Of a stretch of DNA of 64,000 nucleotides, positions 41,577-51,137 are shown piece by piece. Origin of the DNA: Alphaproteobacteria bacterium (GTDB lineage: Bacteria; Pseudomonadota; Alphaproteobacteria; JBFXJJ01); the NCBI GenBank assembly GCA_050175015.1, contig JBFXJJ010000003.1:1-64000 (forward strand), read 5' to 3'. The position numbers and the translations under genes were made by a program. Position 1 is the stretch's first letter; every line of letters starts with the position of its first letter. The notes under the pieces were generated by a model. The model was not told the DNA's origin. It saw only the letters and a list, made by a program, of their open reading frames with translations, and did no database searches.

Positions 41577-42554
41577 CTATGGCATTAAAACGATGTCTGC
41601 AAATATAGGTCGGTGGTCTGAGAAAAGAAAATCACCAACATCATAATTAGTCGTTTTTATTTTGCTAGAAGTTAAAATATGATCGATTGCTAAGCCAAAT
41701 ACTTTGGGGAATGGTATGCCTCTAATTGACCAACTGTTTTTTATTCCAAATCCCGTCATCGCACTTTTTAATTTAGAATTTTTTAGCAGTTTTCGAAAAC
41801 GATAATTGTAAGGTGTTATATTAAAATCACCGACGAGCAGTTTATATTGATTGTCATCTTTTTTTACTACATCTGCGATATATTCAAGTTCTTTAGTGTT
41901 ATTAAGCCAATAATTTTTTGTCGCAGGTGGAATAGTGTGCAGCCCAAACCATCTAATATCTTTATTATGAAATTTTATCGTTGCCGCTAAATATTTATTC
42001 CAATGCTGCGGAATATTATTAGAGCTGGTATTGACCAACTCATAACGGCTCAACAATGCAAATCCAAAGTTTCCGTTTTCTAAAACCATAAATTGATAGG
42101 GATATTTTTCTTTTAATCTATCTAAAAGGTCTTTTTGTTTAGGAGTAATTTCTTGAAATTGGATAACATCAAAAGACTTATCATTATTAATAATCCAATT
42201 ATAAATCGCATCAATTTTTTGATTTTCATAATACATATTAAATTGAAGAACAGATAGTTTTTCATCATCATTATTCTTTACTGAATCTTTTATATAATAT
42301 GGAAAAATCAGCAGAAAATTAAACAGTAATAAAGCCAAAGCCAAAATTACATATCTTTTTTTATTAATATAAAAAGAAAATAAAAAGACAAAGACGGAAG
42401 CCCAAAAATATTGCCAAACAAAGTGTGAAAATAAATCAAAGAACCAAAACCAGCGTCCTAATAAACCAATCAAATTTACGTATAGTAACAGGCGGATTAA
42501 TCCTGATAATTCCTTATTAGCTAGTTTTTTTATCTTGTCGTTAATACAAATCAT
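41577..42554 (-). CDS. Membrane-anchored endonuclease/exonuclease/phosphatase family protein
   Basis: Three N-terminal TM helices, QFN, FQE, GDFN, IDHIL, SDHRP. Confidence 0.9.
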   Translation of the reverse strand: MICINDKIKKLANKELSGLIRLLLYVNLIGLLGRWFWFFDLFSHFVWQYFWASVFVFLFSFYINKKRYVILALALLLFNFLLIFPYYIKDSVKNNDDEKLSVLQFNMYYENQKIDAIYNWIINNDKSFDVIQFQEITPKQKDLLDRLKEKYPYQFMVLENGNFGFALLSRYELVNTSSNNIPQHWNKYLAATIKFHNKDIRWFGLHTIPPATKNYWLNNTKELEYIADVVKKDDNQYKLLVGDFNITPYNYRFRKLLKNSKLKSAMTGFGIKNSWSIRGIPFPKVFGLAIDHILTSSKIKTTNYDVGDFLFSDHRPIFADIVLMP

Positions 42555-42615
42555 TTAAAGCCTTTTTTTTAGATTTATTTGAGTGTTAAAAGGGTATAAA
42601 AGAAACGTCATAAAA

Positions 42616-44790
42616 CTATTTTTCTAAAGCGTGTAGCAATCTTGCTATTGCAATAAGTAAATGTCCATCGGTCATCGTAAAGAGTTTTTCTTTAATTTCA
42701 TCAAGCGGTACAAAATCATAAGGCAAATTTTTATTGATATTAACAGGGACAACAAAAGGATAGACTCTTTCTGGAGTTATGCCTGCACTTGGAAAATAAG
42801 GCGCTCCTAGCGGAGAGATCGTATTTTTATCAACTTTAAAATGAGCTGCAATTTTAGTTTTGGCGTCTTCTATGGTTTTGATGCCAAATTCCAAGCGCCA
42901 AGCTGGAAGCGTAAGTAAGCGGGCGTTATGTTCTTGTTTTTGGGGTACAGGAAGCATTCTCGTTTCTAAACCGACGTGAATCTCAGGTATAGCGCAAATC
43001 GGGACAGCCAAGATAGTATTAACACTGGAATGATTAGGAATTGCAAATTCCAATTCTTGCTCAGCTAAAGTTAAAGGTTCATCGTTTTGGATTGTTTGAT
43101 CGGCAAAGACAGATCTTACCAAACGCATATAATCAGCGCTTTTTTTTGTTTTAATATATGGTGATTGAGGAGGCAGCATTAAAAGCTGCTCTAAATTTTT
43201 CAGTTTGAGTTTTCCTTTGTGATTATTATTCGGAATAACAGGTTTTTCTCCAAAATAAGCTTCTTTGACAAGACCTAACTGCGTCATCAAAAAATGAATT
43301 CCAAGTTCCAATCGAGCCTCAGAAAGCACGCCAACCTGCGCTGCACGAAGAAGATTTTGCGCATCAAATTCTCGAACGCTGCCCGCCGTGCTAAATCCAG
43401 AAATATCTGCGGGAATAAAAGTTTCCTTTACGGGAGAGGCAATTTCAACAAAGTTAGAAAATATAACTTCATCAATGCCGCCTGGAGATGGGAAAAAATG
43501 TGGGCCAGATTTTATAGAAAGAATATCTTTAGCATTAATGCCAGCTCTTTGAGTTAAGACATCAGCAATATTTTCGTTCTTAGATTTTTTGTTAAGCATA
43601 GCGGTAAGAGGCTCAATCAGGTAGCCGCCCCATTGGGCGTTATCAATCATAACGGGGCCTCTAGGCATTGCGGTTGTAATTGGTCTTGGATAGCCGTGTC
43701 TTGCTACAATTCTAAGTCGTCCTTCGTGAATACGCCAAGGAAGAACATCACAAACAGGAAAAGGGCGTCTTATAACATCGTAGACAATATCTTTTCCTTT
43801 ATCTGACATTTTAAAAGATGATTTTTGTAGAAAAGAAGATTTTTTAGATGCAGGGCAGCGTTCTTTAAAACAAAGGCTGTCATTAGTTTCTACTTTTTGA
43901 GCAACGGCAACAAAGTTAGTTGCTGGCCAGTCTAATCTAGCCCCAGTTTCATCAAAAAAGTTAAACTTATTAACAAAGCGGTTTGCTATAATCCAAGGAT
44001 TATAATAGGGATTAGCGCACAAGAGCCGTCCGCCTGCTTTTCTAATTTCTTCCGAAAATTGCTGCGGCGAAAAGTAGCAGTATTCTTCCAAAAGTTCTAC
44101 GTCCCAATCTTCACGATAGTCTTTGCGCAAGACAAATTCGACTGCCCATTTATAAGGTAAACGAAAACGCCGGCTTCTTTTTTTATGAGAGCCAAGCTCT
44201 TCCATAAAAAAACCACTGCCGCATCGTTCATCGAGAGGTCGTGCTGTTTGAGCAAATTTGCTTAAAAGTTCGGCATCATCATTATTATAAAGCTCAATGA
44301 TGATACACTCTTCAGAGGCGGGTCGAACAAAATCCCGTAAGACAAAAATGCCGCCATTTTTGAGGCACGCAAGATGACTAGCGAGGGCTTGACGTACAGC
44401 ATTAATGCTGTAGCCGTTAAAAGTATAAATATGGTGAAGTGTTGAAGAGCTTAGTATGCCATCAAGCGGGTCTTGAGCAAAAATTGGTTCAGAAACATCT
44501 CCGATTTTAAATTCAAGGTTAGGTAATTTGTAGTGTTCTTTAGCAAAATTGATTGATTCGGGATTAATATCAACTCCAATTACATTAATTTGAGGGTTAA
44601 GCAATGCTAGCTGGTATGCCCCAGTTCCAGAGCCGCAACCCATATCCGCTATTCTGGAATTGGGGTCAAGCAGTAAATGTGCGCCTAAAAAAGCGAGCTT
44701 TTGCTGCATAGTCGTATCCATACCAGTGTAGTAATGCTCGTAATTGTTTTTGCCCCCACGGTCTTGTGCGGTATAACTATTGTTATTCAT
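42616..44790 (-). CDS. Class I SAM methyltransferase fused to two degenerate Nudix-like domains
   Basis: DMGCGSG, GVDI, SSTLHH, LRDF; two C-terminal repeats with FFPSPGGIDE and YFPSAGITPE resembling the ADP-ribose pyrophosphatase SPG-xx-E motif. Confidence 0.7.
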   Translation of the reverse strand: MNNNSYTAQDRGGKNNYEHYYTGMDTTMQQKLAFLGAHLLLDPNSRIADMGCGSGTGAYQLALLNPQINVIGVDINPESINFAKEHYKLPNLEFKIGDVSEPIFAQDPLDGILSSSTLHHIYTFNGYSINAVRQALASHLACLKNGGIFVLRDFVRPASEECIIIELYNNDDAELLSKFAQTARPLDERCGSGFFMEELGSHKKRSRRFRLPYKWAVEFVLRKDYREDWDVELLEEYCYFSPQQFSEEIRKAGGRLLCANPYYNPWIIANRFVNKFNFFDETGARLDWPATNFVAVAQKVETNDSLCFKERCPASKKSSFLQKSSFKMSDKGKDIVYDVIRRPFPVCDVLPWRIHEGRLRIVARHGYPRPITTAMPRGPVMIDNAQWGGYLIEPLTAMLNKKSKNENIADVLTQRAGINAKDILSIKSGPHFFPSPGGIDEVIFSNFVEIASPVKETFIPADISGFSTAGSVREFDAQNLLRAAQVGVLSEARLELGIHFLMTQLGLVKEAYFGEKPVIPNNNHKGKLKLKNLEQLLMLPPQSPYIKTKKSADYMRLVRSVFADQTIQNDEPLTLAEQELEFAIPNHSSVNTILAVPICAIPEIHVGLETRMLPVPQKQEHNARLLTLPAWRLEFGIKTIEDAKTKIAAHFKVDKNTISPLGAPYFPSAGITPERVYPFVVPVNINKNLPYDFVPLDEIKEKLFTMTDGHLLIAIARLLHALEK

Positions 44791-44799
44791 TTTATTTTC

Positions 44800-45519
44800 T
44801 TAAATGGTTCGATTAAAAAATATGGTAGAAAAACCGTCCTTAAGACGGTAAAGCTGAGCAGGACGATTGCTCGCAGAACGTTTTTCGCCATCTATTGGTT
44901 CTACAAAATCTAACTCTGCAATTCGTTTGCGAAAAGCCGACTTATCAATTTTTCGCCCCAAAATTTGTTCATAAACTTCTTGTAAATCGGGCAAAGTAAA
45001 TTTTTCTGAAAGAAGATGAACAGGAAGTGTCGTGTATTCCACTTTAGCCCGCAAGCGTTTTACGGCACAGTTGATAATTTGGCTATGATCAAAAGCTAAG
45101 TTTGTCATCTGCTCTTGATTGTCAATTTTAAACCAGTTTACGGCAGCAGCGTTGCCCCCTTCCTTAAGCAGCATTGTTTCAGAAGAAACCAACGCAAAAT
45201 AAGTAAAGGTTGCCGTCCAACCTCGAGGATCTCTTTCGTTATCCCCAAAGCTGCCTAATTGTTCAATATAAGGAGGAGTTATTCCTGTTTTGCTTTTAAG
45301 AATTCGTAAAGCAGCGGCATCAAGATTAAGATCTTCTTGAGGGTGAATATAGCCCCCAGGAAGCGCCCAATTTTCTTTAAAAGGTTCATTTTTGCGCTGC
45401 ATTAACAGGACATAAAGCTCACCATCTCGTAAGGTCAATATAACAACATCGATAGTTGCAAAAGGTTTAGGATAACCTGCGTCTAAATCATCAAAATTTT
45501 TATCTTTATTTTCAATCAT
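44800..45519 (-). CDS. nrtR: NrtR-family regulator (Nudix + wHTH)
   Basis: TIDVVILT, WALPGGY with a degenerate Nudix box, RDPRGW, LAFDH, FTLPDLQEVYEQIL..DKSAFRKR, RPAQLY. Confidence 0.92.
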   Translation of the reverse strand: MIENKDKNFDDLDAGYPKPFATIDVVILTLRDGELYVLLMQRKNEPFKENWALPGGYIHPQEDLNLDAAALRILKSKTGITPPYIEQLGSFGDNERDPRGWTATFTYFALVSSETMLLKEGGNAAAVNWFKIDNQEQMTNLAFDHSQIINCAVKRLRAKVEYTTLPVHLLSEKFTLPDLQEVYEQILGRKIDKSAFRKRIAELDFVEPIDGEKRSASNRPAQLYRLKDGFSTIFFNRTI

Positions 45520-45536
45520 TTAATATCCTATAGTAT

Positions 45537-45592
45537 CTTAGTTGTTATTTTACACTAACTTAGTTGACAAATACAACTAAGTGGGTTATAAC
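45537..45592. promoter_or_regulatory. Tandem NrtR-like operators overlapping a sigma70 promoter
   Basis: Perfect palindrome ACTTAGTTG-N7-CAACTAAGT (45558-45582); adjacent imperfect copy CTTAGTTGTTATTTTACACTAAC (45537-45559); TTGACA(45564)-17-TATAAC. Confidence 0.8.
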
Positions 45593-45670
45593 AGAATTAT
45601 AGCATATATTTCAGTTTAAAAGATATAGGCTTTATTAAGACTAAAATGTCATTTTTAAGGAGTAGCTCTA

Positions 45671-46681
45671 ATGTTAGGATTCAAATTTGCTAAAGCCCAG
45701 CCAACAGATTATGTTATTGAGTTTAAAAATGGTAAGCCACGTCGTGAAGGAGCAGGTTTATCGGTCATATATTTTGCTCCGACAACCTCGTTAATGGTTG
45801 TTCCAACCTCAAGTATGAATGAACCTTTTATTTTTGAAGAAGAAACTCTTGATTATCAAAGTCTAACCGTGCAAGGACAGATAACGTATCATATTTATAA
45901 ACCGCATCGTGCTGCTGAAATGCTTAATTTCACGCTAGCTCCTAATGGGAAATATGTTTCGGAAGATCTCAAGCTGCTTCCTCGCAGGGTTTTAGAGCAG
46001 GTTCGAGTTGTGCTAAAAGCAGAAATCAGGGCGATGAATTTGAAGCAGGCGTTATCTAGTGCTGATAATCTTGAGAGCAAGGCTATGGTGGCGTTAGGTA
46101 AGAGCAGTATGTTTGAACGTTATGGTATCGAATTACTGGGGTTATCTATTTTGGCTATTAAAGCTAAGCCTGAAACTGCAAAGGCTCTGGAAGCCGATGC
46201 CCGTGAAAATCTTTTGCGGATTGCTGACGAAGCTATTTATGCCAGAAGGAATGCGGCGGTAGAACAAGAACGAGCGATTAAAGAAAATGAACTTAATACG
46301 GAAATCGCAATCAAGAACAAAGAACGAGAAATTACCGAAGTTAAGATGCAGACTGAAAAAGAAAAAATAAAGCTTATGCAGCAGATAAAAGAAGAAGAAA
46401 TGGCAGGTAAGATTAAACTCGAGGAGCAAAATGGTGAACTGATTAAATTATCGACAGCTAATGCCAAAGAACAATCTGAGGCTCAGGCTTATGGCATAGA
46501 GATTGTTATGAAAGCTTTTGCAACAAGCGATGCGTCGGTTTTGCAATCGCTGGCTAGTATCGGTATGAAACCAGGGCAGATGATGGCTTTAGCTTTTAGA
46601 GATATTGCTGGAAATGCAAATAAAATCGGACAGTTGAATCTTTCTCCAGATCTTTTAAGAGAAATTATGGCTTCAAAATAA
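45671..46681 (+). CDS. SPFH/Band-7 domain protein with coiled coil
   Basis: P.DYVI...GK..REGAGLS..YFAP, TLDYQ.LTVQGQITY, EAIYARRNAAVEQERAIKENELNTEIA, KIGQLNLSPDLL. Confidence 0.88.
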   Translation: MLGFKFAKAQPTDYVIEFKNGKPRREGAGLSVIYFAPTTSLMVVPTSSMNEPFIFEEETLDYQSLTVQGQITYHIYKPHRAAEMLNFTLAPNGKYVSEDLKLLPRRVLEQVRVVLKAEIRAMNLKQALSSADNLESKAMVALGKSSMFERYGIELLGLSILAIKAKPETAKALEADARENLLRIADEAIYARRNAAVEQERAIKENELNTEIAIKNKEREITEVKMQTEKEKIKLMQQIKEEEMAGKIKLEEQNGELIKLSTANAKEQSEAQAYGIEIVMKAFATSDASVLQSLASIGMKPGQMMALAFRDIAGNANKIGQLNLSPDLLREIMASK

Positions 46682-46699
46682 GCAAAGGGAGGCTTCCAT

Positions 46700-47638
46700 A
46701 TGTCAAAATCGTATGAACGTAAAATAGTGCTAGTTGTTCGTCCAACCAGACTTGATGAACTAATTGCAAGGTTCAATACGGAACAGCAGGCTCAGTTCTA
46801 TGTTGAGCATATGGGAGCCGACTTTTCTGATTATCTAATGGAACATAAAAAGTATAAGGAGGCAGTTGTTAATGTCGAATCCGTCCTGCGCTCTTATGGA
46901 ATTGTTCAGAATTTGGAGCGAAGATTTTTGCCTAATTATACTTTTGGATTGCAGGATATTGTCGTCGTTTTAGGACAGGACGGGTTGGTTGCCAATACCA
47001 TAAAATATTTAAACCAGCAAAGAGTCATCGCCCTTAATCCTGACCCTAAACGTTGGAACGGAGTTTTAATGCCGTTTGAAGTCAAAGATTTACATAACAT
47101 TATAAAGGAAGAAGTAACAGCACCTCGTTTGGTAAAAAAAATTACTATGGCAAAGGCTTCGCTTAATGATGGACAGGAGCTTTATGCTGTAAATGATTTT
47201 TATATAGGGCAAAAAACTCACGTTTCTTCTCGTTATGTTTTACGTCTTGGTCAAAATGAGGAAAGCCAGTCCTCAAGCGGAATTATTGTTTCAACAGGAT
47301 TAGGCTCAACTGGTTGGTTAAAGAGTATTTATGCTGGTTGGAAAGCCGCATCTAAGTGGCTGGTGCAAAAGGATTTTGAACAAATCGGCGATGGTTCTTT
47401 TGCTTGGGATTCGGACATTTTAAATTATTATGTGAGAGAGCCTTATCCCAGCGTTAACACCAAAGCCGAAATGGTAATGGGGCGTATTAATAATAAAGAA
47501 AAAATAACCATTGTTTCCCAGATGTCTGAAAATGGCGTGATTTTTAGTGATGGAATTGAAAATGATTTTTTGGAATTTAACAGCGGCAGTAAAGTCGATA
47601 TAGGAATTGCTGAGCGCCAAGGTTTGCTGGTAGTGTGA
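46700..47638 (+). CDS. NAD-kinase-like protein
   Basis: VVVLGQDGLVAN (GGDG variant), AVND, SSSGIIVSTGLGSTGW. Confidence 0.85.
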   Translation: MSKSYERKIVLVVRPTRLDELIARFNTEQQAQFYVEHMGADFSDYLMEHKKYKEAVVNVESVLRSYGIVQNLERRFLPNYTFGLQDIVVVLGQDGLVANTIKYLNQQRVIALNPDPKRWNGVLMPFEVKDLHNIIKEEVTAPRLVKKITMAKASLNDGQELYAVNDFYIGQKTHVSSRYVLRLGQNEESQSSSGIIVSTGLGSTGWLKSIYAGWKAASKWLVQKDFEQIGDGSFAWDSDILNYYVREPYPSVNTKAEMVMGRINNKEKITIVSQMSENGVIFSDGIENDFLEFNSGSKVDIGIAERQGLLVV

Positions 47639-47926
47639 TTATAACAGCATATTTCATTTGAAACGGTATCATTTTAATGAGATTAAGAAAGCTTTCTAAG
47701 GTCTAAAAATTTATTGAGACAAAATCAAAGAGCAGTTTTATAGCTTTTATAAATAAAATATCGGCAAATAATAATATTAAAAGTGTTTTTTAGTGGACAA
47801 TAATAGTTTGTTTTGTCTATGATAATTGGCATATAAAGATATTAATAATTTTTAGTCTTTATTTTGGTTGCAAAAAATTTTATAGAAAACATTACAAAAG
47901 ATATTTTTTAAGGAAGAATATAGAAA

Positions 47927-49048
47927 ATGGCAAAAGCAAAATTATCTCTTCTTGAAGCATTTGACGCCACAGCTCCTAGACGTGGGGGATTAAAGCAAAA
48001 TCCAGCAAAACCAATTCATGAAATGAAAATTCCTGGAGCAGAAAGACCTTTAAGAATTTTAGGTAATGATAAGGATTTTAAAAAAATAGAGAGAATGTTA
48101 ACTCGAATTGTAGAAACCAGCCCTTCTTCTTTAGAAAATATAAAATGTGCGACAGATGCAGGTTATACGGTTGAATTTACCCATGTTCCAGGGGCAGGCG
48201 GGGAATGTACGCAAGATGGCAGATTTATAACTTTAGCGCCAAATTGCGATGAAAAAGACTCTATTTTCACCTTGCTGCATGAAATGCGTCATGCTTATCA
48301 ATTTGAGCACGGCTGCGATGAGGTGTTTGGAAACAGAAACATAAAGTCAGAAATAATGTATACAAGACTGACTGAAGCTGATGCAAATGTTGCAAGTGTA
48401 AACGGTGTTTACGAGATGTCAAAGGGTGGAGATAAAATAAGCTTAAACGATTTTGTTAGATCCCATTATACTGTTGTTGAGCCGTTTTTGGCTGAAATCG
48501 AAAAAAATCCAGATCTCATAAACAAGGCTAAGACAGAAAGCTTAAAAGGTTTTTGTGATGGTATCTATGTTATAGATTTTTATGAAAAAGGTTATATAAC
48601 AGGAGATATGATTGATTCATATAAAAATGATAAAGCAGATAAGAAAAAATATAATATCAATGTAATACCGAAAGAAGCTGTTGATTTAGTTTGCCATACT
48701 GATAATGGAAATTATTTTTATGGTGATCCAGACGTTATGGGGCAAGGTAAGTTTGTACAGGTTGGTGAAGATAATAAGAAAATATGGGAAGAATACTTTG
48801 ATTGGCGGGAAAAACAATATGGACTTCCTAAAGATGAGTCATTTAAGGACTTGCCAACAAGATCAGCATTGACTAGACCTTGGATATACTATGATGAGAA
48901 AGACGTAACGTTTGCTTTAAAACCAGATGTAGGAATTCCTAAAAGGCAACAGATTGCGGCAGAACGTATTAAAAGTAAAAAGCAAGAGCAAAAACAGCCT
49001 CAAGATGCTGTTATTAGCAAAATCGCTCAGAATAAAGGGAGAGGTTAA
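47927..49048 (+). CDS. Putative zincin metallopeptidase (HEXXH), possible secreted effector
   Basis: LLHEMRHAYQ..EADA; basic C-terminal tail ..ISKIAQNKGRG. Confidence 0.65.
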   Translation: MAKAKLSLLEAFDATAPRRGGLKQNPAKPIHEMKIPGAERPLRILGNDKDFKKIERMLTRIVETSPSSLENIKCATDAGYTVEFTHVPGAGGECTQDGRFITLAPNCDEKDSIFTLLHEMRHAYQFEHGCDEVFGNRNIKSEIMYTRLTEADANVASVNGVYEMSKGGDKISLNDFVRSHYTVVEPFLAEIEKNPDLINKAKTESLKGFCDGIYVIDFYEKGYITGDMIDSYKNDKADKKKYNINVIPKEAVDLVCHTDNGNYFYGDPDVMGQGKFVQVGEDNKKIWEEYFDWREKQYGLPKDESFKDLPTRSALTRPWIYYDEKDVTFALKPDVGIPKRQQIAAERIKSKKQEQKQPQDAVISKIAQNKGRG

Positions 49049-49050
49049 CT

Positions 49051-49653
49051 TTGGTATTTAACTGGAAAGAAATTGATGGAACAGAAAAATCTGTTCTAAT
49101 AAAAAGAGCAAACGATTTACACGACCATCCTTTTTTTGCAGATGATAATACTGATGTATATATTTCTGTCCTACCTTTTTATGAAAGAATACAGCTCCTT
49201 GAGTTAAGAGGCGGCTTTGGTAGAATGCGAAAAAAAATGCAGTTTCTTTTTAATGATGAACTCATCATAAAAGTAAACGGAGACCAAGCGTCTATATATG
49301 ATGCCAACATTGCTGGTGGTGTGAAACTCAATCTAGAAAACGCTTTTGATTATACCAAGTTTTTTGTGGAATCGTTAGCAACAGAAGGCGGAGAATTTAA
49401 AATAATTGAAAAATTTGAAGATGTAAAATTTACTAACGAGCCTTCTAAAGAAATTATAGAAAAATTGCCTTTGTTAATAAAAAAAGCCGATGTAAAAGAG
49501 CTGGATGATCATTATAAATTGGTCTTTTGCGTTTTTTATGACAACAATCTTTTTGAAACAACCGCTGTTTTGAAAAAAGATGGTAATTTGCAATTAGTAA
49601 AAGAAGACTTGCTCTTGGAAGATGTGCCGACTAAAAATATATTATATATGTAA
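49051..49653 (+). CDS. Hypothetical protein
   Basis: 200 aa ORF starting 2 bp after the peptidase stop. Confidence 0.7.
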   Translation: MVFNWKEIDGTEKSVLIKRANDLHDHPFFADDNTDVYISVLPFYERIQLLELRGGFGRMRKKMQFLFNDELIIKVNGDQASIYDANIAGGVKLNLENAFDYTKFFVESLATEGGEFKIIEKFEDVKFTNEPSKEIIEKLPLLIKKADVKELDDHYKLVFCVFYDNNLFETTAVLKKDGNLQLVKEDLLLEDVPTKNILYM

Positions 49654-49857
49654 TTATCAAGAATCTTAGTAGTTGCAGTTTAAAAATGTAAGTTCTAACC
49701 TTGCATAGCAGTTTCAAAAATATAAGATAAACCAAAAAACAAATTAACTTTGGCATTAACGTTAAAGAGCAAGTTATTATTGCTTTTAAGCGATTAATGT
49801 TAATAATAGCCTTAAAGTTTAAATTATATAGTTTTTAGAAACTTTGGGAGAACTTTT

Positions 49858-51132
49858 ATGAGATTTGCAACAAAGGCATTACATGCGGGGCATAATCCTG
49901 ATAAATCTAACCATTCAATCACCGTTCCGATATACTCTAATACCGCGTTTAGTTTTGAAGATTTAAATCACGCCGCTGATTTGTTTGATTTAAAAACGAG
50001 TGGGGATATTTATACAAGAATCTCAAATCCAACAAATAATATTCTTGAAGAGAGATTAGCGGAGCTTGAAGGCGGGGTTGGGGCTTTGGTGGTTTCGTCA
50101 GGACAGTCGGCATCTTTGCTTTCAGTTTTGAATATTGTTTCGGCTGGTGATGAAATTGTTGCTTCATCTTCATTATATGGCGGTACGACTAATCTGTTTG
50201 CGGTAACGCTTAAAAAACTAGGAATTAAAACAACTTTTGTTGCTTCTGAAAATCCTGAAGATTATGCAAAGCATATCACAGATAAAACCAAATGTATTTA
50301 TACCGAGTTTATAGGTAATCCAAAATTAAATATTGCCGATGTTGAAGGTTTAGCCAAAGTTGCTCATAGATACGATATTCCTCTGATTGTTGACAGCACG
50401 GTTGCGACCCCTTATTTATCAAGACCATTTGAATTTGGAGCCGATATTGTTATTCATTCGACCTCCAAATATATTGGCGGACACGGCAATTCCCTTGGCG
50501 GGGTTATTATTGATTCGGGGAAATTCGACTGGAGTAAATCGGCAAAATTTAAAGAACTTGTTGAGCCAGATCCGAGTTATCACGGAATGAGTTATGTTGA
50601 AAGCTTTAAGGAAGCGGCATATATCACTAAAGCGAGGGTTCAGCTTATTCGAGATTTAGGAACGACGCTAAGTCCTTTCAATGCGTTTTTAATTTTGCAG
50701 GGAATAGAAACGCTTAATCTTAGAATGGAGCGTCATTCGCAAAATGCTTATGATGTTGCTAAATTTTTAGAAAACCATTCTGCGGTTGAATGGGTGAATT
50801 ATCCCAAAATGAAAAATTCTCCTTATTATGATTTAGCTCAAAAATATTTTCCTAAAGGCGCATCATCTTTAGTAACATTTGGGATAAAAGGCGGGCAGGA
50901 GGCTGGAGCCAAATTTATTGATAGTATTAATTTGCTTATTCACGCTACCAATATTGGTGATTCTCGCAGTATTATTACCTATCCTGCTCTTACGACCCAT
51001 CGTCAGCTTAATTTGGAACAGTTAAACGCTTGTGGAATTTCTTCAGGTTTTATGAGACTGTCAATCGGGCTGGAAGATGTTCAAGACATTATTGAAGATA
51101 TAAATCAGGCATTAAACAAATCTCAAGGATAA
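49858..51132 (+). CDS. metY: O-acetylhomoserine aminocarboxypropyltransferase
   Basis: [19 protein letters not shown] (PLP Lys), [15 protein letters not shown]. Confidence 0.92.
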   Translation: MRFATKALHAGHNPDKSNHSITVPIYSNTAFSFEDLNHAADLFDLKTSGDIYTRISNPTNNILEERLAELEGGVGALVVSSGQSASLLSVLNIVSAGDEIVASSSLYGGTTNLFAVTLKKLGIKTTFVASENPEDYAKHITDKTKCIYTEFIGNPKLNIADVEGLAKVAHRYDIPLIVDSTVATPYLSRPFEFGADIVIHSTSKYIGGHGNSLGGVIIDSGKFDWSKSAKFKELVEPDPSYHGMSYVESFKEAAYITKARVQLIRDLGTTLSPFNAFLILQGIETLNLRMERHSQNAYDVAKFLENHSAVEWVNYPKMKNSPYYDLAQKYFPKGASSLVTFGIKGGQEAGAKFIDSINLLIHATNIGDSRSIITYPALTTHRQLNLEQLNACGISSGFMRLSIGLEDVQDIIEDINQALNKSQG

Positions 51133-51137
51133 GAAAT

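Noticed and set aside
49660-49850. SAM-II/SAM-alpha riboswitch before metY
   Set aside because: The conserved SAM-II elements could not be located by eye; only a generic hairpin is supported.
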